From Octopus sinensis (Eukaryota), in the NCBI RefSeq assembly GCF_006345805.1, contig NC_042997.1:120094001-120158000 (forward strand): a DNA stretch of 64,000 bases, read 5' to 3'. Below are positions 56,471 through 64,000 of the stretch, one piece after another; the stretch's first letter is position 1, and each line of letters opens with the position of its first letter. The notes beneath the pieces are model-generated. The model was not told the DNA's origin and ran no database searches. It saw nothing but the letters and a program-made list of their open reading frames with translations. Made by a program: the position numbers and the translations under genes.

Positions 56471-57168
56471 TTATTCCTCAATGGGATAAAAAGTTTCAAC
56501 TATATACCTACCTACCTACCTTAGGAAAAATGTATCGATTTAATTATCCACTTCCATTACACTTATATTCACATGGAAACCCACACACATACACATATAT
56601 ACAGAAGTTTTCTTTAAAAAATTAGTAGAGAATAGTACTCAATACATGTTATGCTCTCTATATTTACTAGGCAACTCTATCAGTCATATTTTTGTAAATA
56701 AAATTTGAACAACATATTCGAATATAGTAGTATAGTAAAAAAATTAGAGTGCGTATGCATATACATATACACGAAAATACACGCGCAGAACTAAGTGTAC
56801 ATACATATGTCGCACAGGCATGGCTTCATGGTAGGAAGATTGTTTACTAAACCACATTGTTCCGGGTTCACTCCTACTGCATTGGAATTTAGGGCTAGTG
56901 TTTTCTTCCATACCCTCAGGCAGGGTAGATTTGGTAGGCAGAAACTGATAGAAGACCGTGGTGTATATATATATATATATTATATATATATATATATATA
57001 CCAATTAAGGACTGAATACGAAAAGTGGACAGTCAAATGCTAAATTTAATTTTATATATATATATATATTATATATATATATACTTTATTAAGTATAAGT
57101 TATATATATGCTACATATATATATATATATATACGTAAACAACTAAACATAGGATTATATACATACAA

Positions 57169-57226
<58 letters not shown>

Positions 57227-57364
57227 TGTATATATGTATACTTGCCAAAGCTGGCAGATTGAACAAGAGATATATATTACGGTGGATATTACAGATTTAT
57301 CAAGGGTCATGTCTGTTCTCCACGCAAACCTGTTTGATATCACTTTCAACTACATTCTGTCAAG

Positions 57365-58438
57365 GTGTGAAATAATGTATAGCGTAATGCTCATGTGTGC
57401 GAAATCTTCCGATAAATCCATACGGACCTAAATTGCTAATGCACCACCAATTATATTTTGCTCGATAACAATATACAAGAGAAAGTAGATATTCTTGTTT
57501 CCCTGATGCTATCTTCTGACAAGTGAAGTGAGATAAAGGAAAATAAACCTACTTGTAGGAGCCATATACAATCTGTTTGATCAATAATTAGCTAGTCTAC
57601 ACTGCCCATATCGTATGTCCTCACACTATAACTAATACAAAACGCAGTCTTTAAAGCTCGCTCCGACATTGTTTCATTGCATGGTTTTGTAAATATGTGA
57701 CGTAGAATTGCCATGATGTAAACACTTTTAAATTATCAGATGTATTTTATTTCCCTTAGTAACTCCCACTTAAAATCTGCTATGGCTCATGTATTCAACC
57801 CCGCCATTATCCATTGTATTATCTCAACGTCATTTATCTGCAGTATAAATGATTTTGTCTTTCATCTTTTGGAATGCGATAAAATAACTGGCAGGTAATT
57901 CTGTTCCGATATGATCAAATATATTGCATATAAGGGAGAATTTCTTATTCATTGCCATACTGGCATTGAAAGACTACTTCAAGTTGACAGTGTGGGGATC
58001 TGAAGTTTACGAGATGAAACCAGAATCTGGCAATAATTCCGTAATATATAAGAAGATAATAGGAAGAAAAACACAAACATTGCATTACTTGCCATGGTGT
58101 TCTAACATATTTGAACGGATTGATATAGGCAGATGATACCTAATTAGCAGTTATTCTCACGGAAAACACTCACATACGCATAAAAATATACACACATACA
58201 CAGGTGTTCTCTAGTTGGCATACCGCTTAGGAACATGATAGGCTTAATTCCAAAGATAAAATGGCAGCCGCGAGGTTGCATATATTCTTGAATGTTCCAC
58301 GACTATTATCAGAGCTTATTCCCTGCAGCCAAGAGGCTTACACTTACACAAAATACGTAAAACGTATTTATGACTCAGAAATTACACTCACGCACATAAA
58401 CATATCACACATACTCACACATACATACATACACGCAT

Positions 58439-58488
<50 letters not shown>

Positions 58489-58489
58489 T

Positions 58490-58552
<63 letters not shown>

Positions 58553-59680
58553 GACAGGCAACAGATAGATGAATAGAGAGATAGATGAATAGCTAGCTTG
58601 AGAGATGCAGAGATAGAAACAAATTCTAACATGCAGAGACAAGCGCTTTTCAGTGTGCATAGTCAAATATATCAATCCTAATCCCCGTCTTTTACCTTCG
58701 TTCCTTGGCCATAGAACAGTTAAATGCAAATTAATCAATGTTGCTATTTAATCTCTAGGCTACTATCCTTCCCACTATAGGCACAAGAGCTGAAAATTAG
58801 CGTTATCACTTATATCAAGTTGTACTCATTTTATCGACTCAGAAAGGATGAAATTCGAAATTTGCCCGTGCGGAATTTGAACTCAGAACGTAAAGTTAAA
58901 ACGAGAAGAAATGCAACTAAACATTTTCTTCACCGCTTTAATGTCAGAAACATTTTGAATATACTACATTACAGCTATAATGTAGAACTACATTGTAGCT
59001 TGTATACCTGTATGCATGTATTTATTTATTTATTTATTTATTTATTTCATCAAGATAATTTTGGTTTTTGCTATATTTCAGTTAGCCATACGGATTCAAT
59101 TAACCATCACTTCTGGAAGAAAGTCATTAATATAAAAATGATTCTACAATGAACAGAAGGATGTAGTTGACTCGGCGAGGGATCTTGACTTTTGTTAAAA
59201 GAGAATTCTATGAATGTATGCCCTGCTAAAACACCTGGTTCAACATCCTGAAATGATCGTACGATTTTGAAGAGCCAGCATAGTTGGTTACAAAATATCT
59301 ATTGTTGAGAGCAATTAATATATACAGTTAACTGTAATTAAGACATTTTTCTATCTTAATTATTGCTATAATCTTCAGGAATCTCATTAGCGAAACTGCA
59401 TTAATATTCACAAAATAAATGATATGAACAACCGATGGATTGTTCCGAGAAATCATTGTCATGTTTACGAGCGAATGTGTCATCAATCACCGGTAGAAAG
59501 CAACTTTTAAATCCCAGAAACAATTTCACACTTAATGACCTAAATTTAGAATTGTTAAGCGACTAACATGTTCTGCCATCAATAACAGCCCTAAGAAATA
59601 AATGGAAGTTTATCATTATCGTTTGTTTCAACAGGAGAAATTTCAAATGAATTTATAACAATTTGACACCAAGAATGTCA
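57365..59680 (+). pseudogene. Cadherin relic exons
   Basis: YSVMLMC...NAPPIIFCSITI; FICSINDF; KDYFKL; LIPCSQEAYTYTKYVKRIYD; LLKENS; CINIHKIND; VSTGEISNEFIT-FDTKN. Confidence 0.65.
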
Positions 59681-59976
59681 AAATATTTCAGTTTAAAGTT
59701 TAAATATATATATATATATATATATATTTGATAGCGCAATTGAAATGCAAATAGAAAATATGTGCTTTGCAGTACTCCTTGTTTCATTTGTTTCTTCATA
59801 ACTTCAGCTAAATATTAAATAATTCCAAGCAAACAGTGTCTACCATGACATTTTTGTATTCACATATGCATGCGTACACACAAGCAGAAACACTAAAGGC
59901 TCTGAAACACGCACATACATAACAGAAACATTCATATATATATGTGTGTGTATTTGTGTGTTTATAGCGACTTGCA

Positions 59977-60604
59977 GATAAATTGAGACCAATTTTAAAC
60001 AATTGCCTTTCTGGCTTTAACACTTCAGTTTCTCACAAATCATTGCTTTGCTCCAAAATTCAATCCTCTTCTTTCTTTGTTCAGGTAAATAGCGTACTGA
60101 AAGTCATGGAACAACGGAATCACTCCTGCATTGTTTTGCCGCGCACCGGGCACACTGCCAATAAAATTGTTACGAAAGGAACAGCTTATCGTGTGTATAA
60201 ACAGTTTAATTAAAGAGGGAAAGATTGATAGAAAAGAACATAAGACTTGGTGAAAAGGTGCCATACTTTGCGTGCGCCAAATCTGGCTCATTAATATCCC
60301 AGATCTCAACATTCTCGATTACTTTTTATGGGGTGAACTTCAAGGAAGGACCAATGCCTCACCATACACGAGTGCGAACAGTTTGAAGACCTGCATTGTG
60401 CGTGTGACACGTAAAATCAAGAAGGCGGATGTGGCAAAAATATTTCTTTATTGTATGGAGGCAGTAATTACTCAAAAGGGCGGCCATATTGAGCGACAAG
60501 TTTTTTTATTGTAATAAATGTCACAGAAAAATTATATTTGTCTACTACCTTATTTCAGTATTTACAACCAGATTTATACATCATAAAGATTGTCTCGATT
60601 TATC
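59977..60604 (+). mobile_element. Internally deleted Tc1/mariner element
   Basis: HTH-like N-terminus plus PDLNILDYFLWG C-terminus; inverted repeats gataaattgagaccaatt / attgtctcgatttatc. Confidence 0.8.
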
Positions 60605-61097
60605 TTCAAAATAATTATGTGTGTGTATGTGTGTGTGTGTGTTTGTGTAGATATGATTGTCAATCCCGTCGTTAGACGCCGTATGAGCGTTCGACAGTTT
60701 TTTACAGAACAGTCACACAGATAAATTGCTTATAGTGGCCTAAATTTTGTGTACACATAGACTGACTCCCTCCATCAGATCGACATTATCTGTACAGGTT
60801 CCACGCGTTATACGAGGAAAAGATCGCAGAGCAACGTGAAATGAAGTGTTTTTACTCAAGAACACAACGCGACGCCCGGTCTAGGAATCGAACCCACGGC
60901 CTCGCAATCGTGAGTGCAACACATTAACACCTTAACCACTGAGCCATGCGAATATATATATATATATATATAGTTATCCGTAATAATGAAGGGTGAAATT
61001 AATTAATTTGGAATAATTATCAATTACACCAAGTAGTCTTCGGCATGTAAAAGCCTCATTCGAGGAAAATTTAAGTAATACTAAGCAATAAAGGGTT

Positions 61098-61636
61098 TAG
61101 CAACGAATTGCCTTACCACATACCGAATTTAGAAATAGCAGTCAAAGAGTTATAGCTATTTCTTCTACTAAAAGGAGATCTCAGTAAAGACAGCAATTGG
61201 AAGGCAGACACAAACAGGTAAGAGAGAATGAATTGACGGCAATCTATCATACATTTTTAAGTTATCTACGGACGTACGTTTCGAAATCAAGTTTTTAGGA
61301 AAGCATAAGAATTAAATATTAAATATTAAATAATTCTATCTTACCGAAACTTCTTTTCTCTTCAGCGTAGAATACTATAAAGAAGTTTCGGTAAGATAGA
61401 ATTATTTAATATTTAATATTTAATTCTTATGCTTTCCTAAAAACTTGATTTCGAAACGTACGTCCGTAGATAACTTAAAAATGTATGATAGATTGCCGTC
61501 AATTCATTCTCTCTTACATGTTTGTGTCTGCCTTCCAATTGCTGTCTTTACTGAGATCTCCCTTTTTAGTAGAAGAAATAGCTATAACTCTTTGACTGCT
61601 ATTTCTAAATTCGGTATGTGGTAAGGCAATTCGTTG

Positions 61637-61639
<3 letters not shown>
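61098..61639. repeat. Near-perfect inverted repeat, 259-bp arms, 22-bp spacer
   Basis: 61098-61356 is the reverse complement of 61379-61639; I saw one substitution and one 1-nt indel. Confidence 0.95.
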
Positions 61640-61674
<35 letters not shown>

Positions 61675-62119
61675 TATATATAGATATAGATAGATAGTTA
61701 GATAGATAGGTAGATTCATAAATACATATTCATATATAAATACATGCCTACATACATGCATACATACATACATACATATATACATACATATGTACATACA
61801 TACATACATGTATACATACATACATGTATACATACGTACATAAATACATACAAACATACGCATGTGTAGCAAAATGCAGAACATAAAATCCATTACACCA
61901 AGCCCTGACGTATCGCAAAGATAAGAGAAAAACATGGAAAAATGTCTCTATCAATAAAAACCTAGGGCACACTGGAGTTGACTAATGTGCTTAACGAATT
62001 AGAGTGAAAACTTGTGACAATGCTTATTAAACAACAGCAATCTCCAGTTAGCTTACCACATACTTCAAGATTTTCAAACTACAGACCTACTCAACACATA
62101 ATAGATTTACATTAAAAAT

Positions 62120-63182
62120 CAGGAGTGGACAGCAAATTTTATAACAAACATTTTTCCCTTAAGATTTGGAGAAGTAATGATTATAAGACCACTATGTAAA
62201 TATGACAACACACGGCATGAATTAGTCTCGAACGAAATTAAACACACGACTGTTGATGCAAAAAAGTATAAACGTAATGCACAAATTTCCTGTTCTAGGT
62301 GAAAGGCTTTCGTTGATAAAGAATCAGCAGCTCTCACAATCAGCACTGTATACAGACTATGAGACTATGAATAAACATCACGAAACGGTGATAACTGATT
62401 CTCAAACATTGATGTTCATAGGAAACTGTAAAAATACCAAATGAAAGCATGGGCAAGGAAATTACTTCAACTCACGTAAAACGTACAACAGCAACGAGAT
62501 TTCAATGGCGCAACATTGAAGAACTGGATGTGTTTTTATGCATGCTACGAATATGTAAGATCATTTTTTGTATCTATTTCATATATATTTCTATCTGTAG
62601 ATAAGCAAATCCCGTGTACGTAGATATAGCTGTATGCACATCAGTGTGTGCATGTGTGTATGCATGTAATGCATGTCTGTATGTCTATATGAATATACAT
62701 ATATATATTTATGTACATATATATGTGTGTGTGTGTTTGTGTGTGTGTATGTGTGCGATCTCTCTCTATATATATGTGTGTGTGTGTGGCTGTGTGTGTT
62801 CGCGTGTATGTATATATGTGGATGTGGATATATGGGTATGTGTGTATGTATGTGTGTGATGTTTATATATATAGTTATGCATGCATACATATATATGTCT
62901 GTGTGCGTTTGTGTGTGTATGTATACAGAGAGAAAAACGGGGCAGGGAGCGAGAGACATACAAATAAACAGATGAGTATATACAATCATGTAATTATCAA
63001 ATGTGTACTAAATGTACATAAGAAGGTAACGCTGATTTTGTGTACCGTGCGCATGCATATATAACGTATTTGCTTATAAACCTGTGTGTAAAATTATAAT
63101 AAACAAATATTGCTTGTTTGAGATAAATTTCTGTACCAGTGAGTACCCGAAAATAGACTTATCCACCACACTAGCCCGTCTG

Positions 63183-63222
<40 letters not shown>

Positions 63223-63630
63223 GTGTATATATATATATATATTGTGTGTGTGTGTGTGTGGTGTGTGTGTGGTGTGTGGTGGTGGTGTGTGTGTGTGTCT
63301 GTGTTAGAGGGGGTGATTAATATATATTAAAGGAAGTGGAAAACAAAAAAAGGTAGGACAAGCTTGTCAGATCATTAAAATTATTTAAATGATTTTAATG
63401 GGGTATCGAAGTAAGCAAAAGTAAGCATTAATGTTTTACAGTTGTTTCCGTGATATCCCCGATGATAGATCAAGGTATTGATCCAGATTTCCATACACGG
63501 GGTAGTCCTTCATCGGAGACAAGATACATATACAGAACATTTCAATGTTGACATGTAAATAGAAACCATGTTATAGAGAATTGCACGAAGATCAAGGCTC
63601 ATAGTTCATACTGTTCCGGATGGTATGGAG
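62120..63630 (+). pseudogene. Cadherin relic exons
   Basis: HFSLK-FGEVMIIRPLCKYDNTRHELV; VDKESAALTISTV; FSNIDV; CLFEINFCTSEY; EHFNVD...LIVHTVPDG. Confidence 0.7.
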
Positions 63631-63639
63631 GTTTATCTA

Positions 63640-63683
63640 TATTTCCGTGAAGGTGTGTATCCTTACGTATAATACATACATAG

Positions 63684-63722
<39 letters not shown>

Positions 63723-63793
63723 ACATATGTGTGTGTGTGTGTGTGTAAGTATGTATGTATTATACGTAAGGAGACACACCTTCACGGACATAT
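63640..63793. repeat. Small foldback element around a (CA)n/(TG)n core
   Basis: ccgtgaaggtgtgtatccttacgtataatacataca mirrored by tgtatgtattatacgtaaggagacacaccttcacgg. Confidence 0.85.
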
Positions 63794-63865
63794 GGATATA
63801 TAATATGTATATGATATACATTTATGTTTGTGTGTGTGTGTGTGCATATATTTATGTATGCATGT

Positions 63866-64000
63866 ATAAAGAGAGAGAAGAGAGAGAGAGAGAAGAAGAA
63901 GAAGGAGAAGAAGAAGAAGGAGAAGAAGAAGAAGAAAGAAGAAGAAGAAGAAAAGAGAGAAGAAGAAGAAGAAGAAAGAAGAAGAAGAAAGAAGAAGAAG
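63866..64000. repeat. (GA)n/(GAA)n purine tract
   Basis: Direct reading. Confidence 0.95.

Overview
AT-rich, microsatellite-saturated eukaryotic DNA. The SINE, LINE and transposon families and the (TA)n/(CA)n/(TACA)n load suggest an octopus or other coleoid cephalopod; this is an inference. I found no intact protein-coding gene. The ORF track is almost entirely microsatellite noise plus transposon fragments: two CR1/L2-type RT relics, an RTE 5' half, several R4/Dong-like pieces in (AAT)n tracts, two Tc1/mariner relics, many tRNA-derived SINEs and foldback MITEs. Main hidden signal: hand translation of the non-repetitive stretches on the + strand gives cadherin (EC) repeat motifs from about 0.8 kb to 63.6 kb (xEN/ISED..G, AxDxD, FxI..GEI, LDxE/FDY, YxLxVxAxD/CSD, VxDxNExPxF), usually in the correct order and often bounded by good splice sites. 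Nearly all are broken by stops and frameshifts. The window therefore looks like the decayed middle of a giant multi-exon cadherin-repeat gene or tandem array, with roughly 35-45 repeats by hand count and no signal peptide or transmembrane exon seen. Also present: a 259-bp-arm near-perfect inverted repeat, a 1.58-kb tandem duplication, and a three-copy element with nested LINE and SINE insertions. All translations were done by eye; no database search was run.
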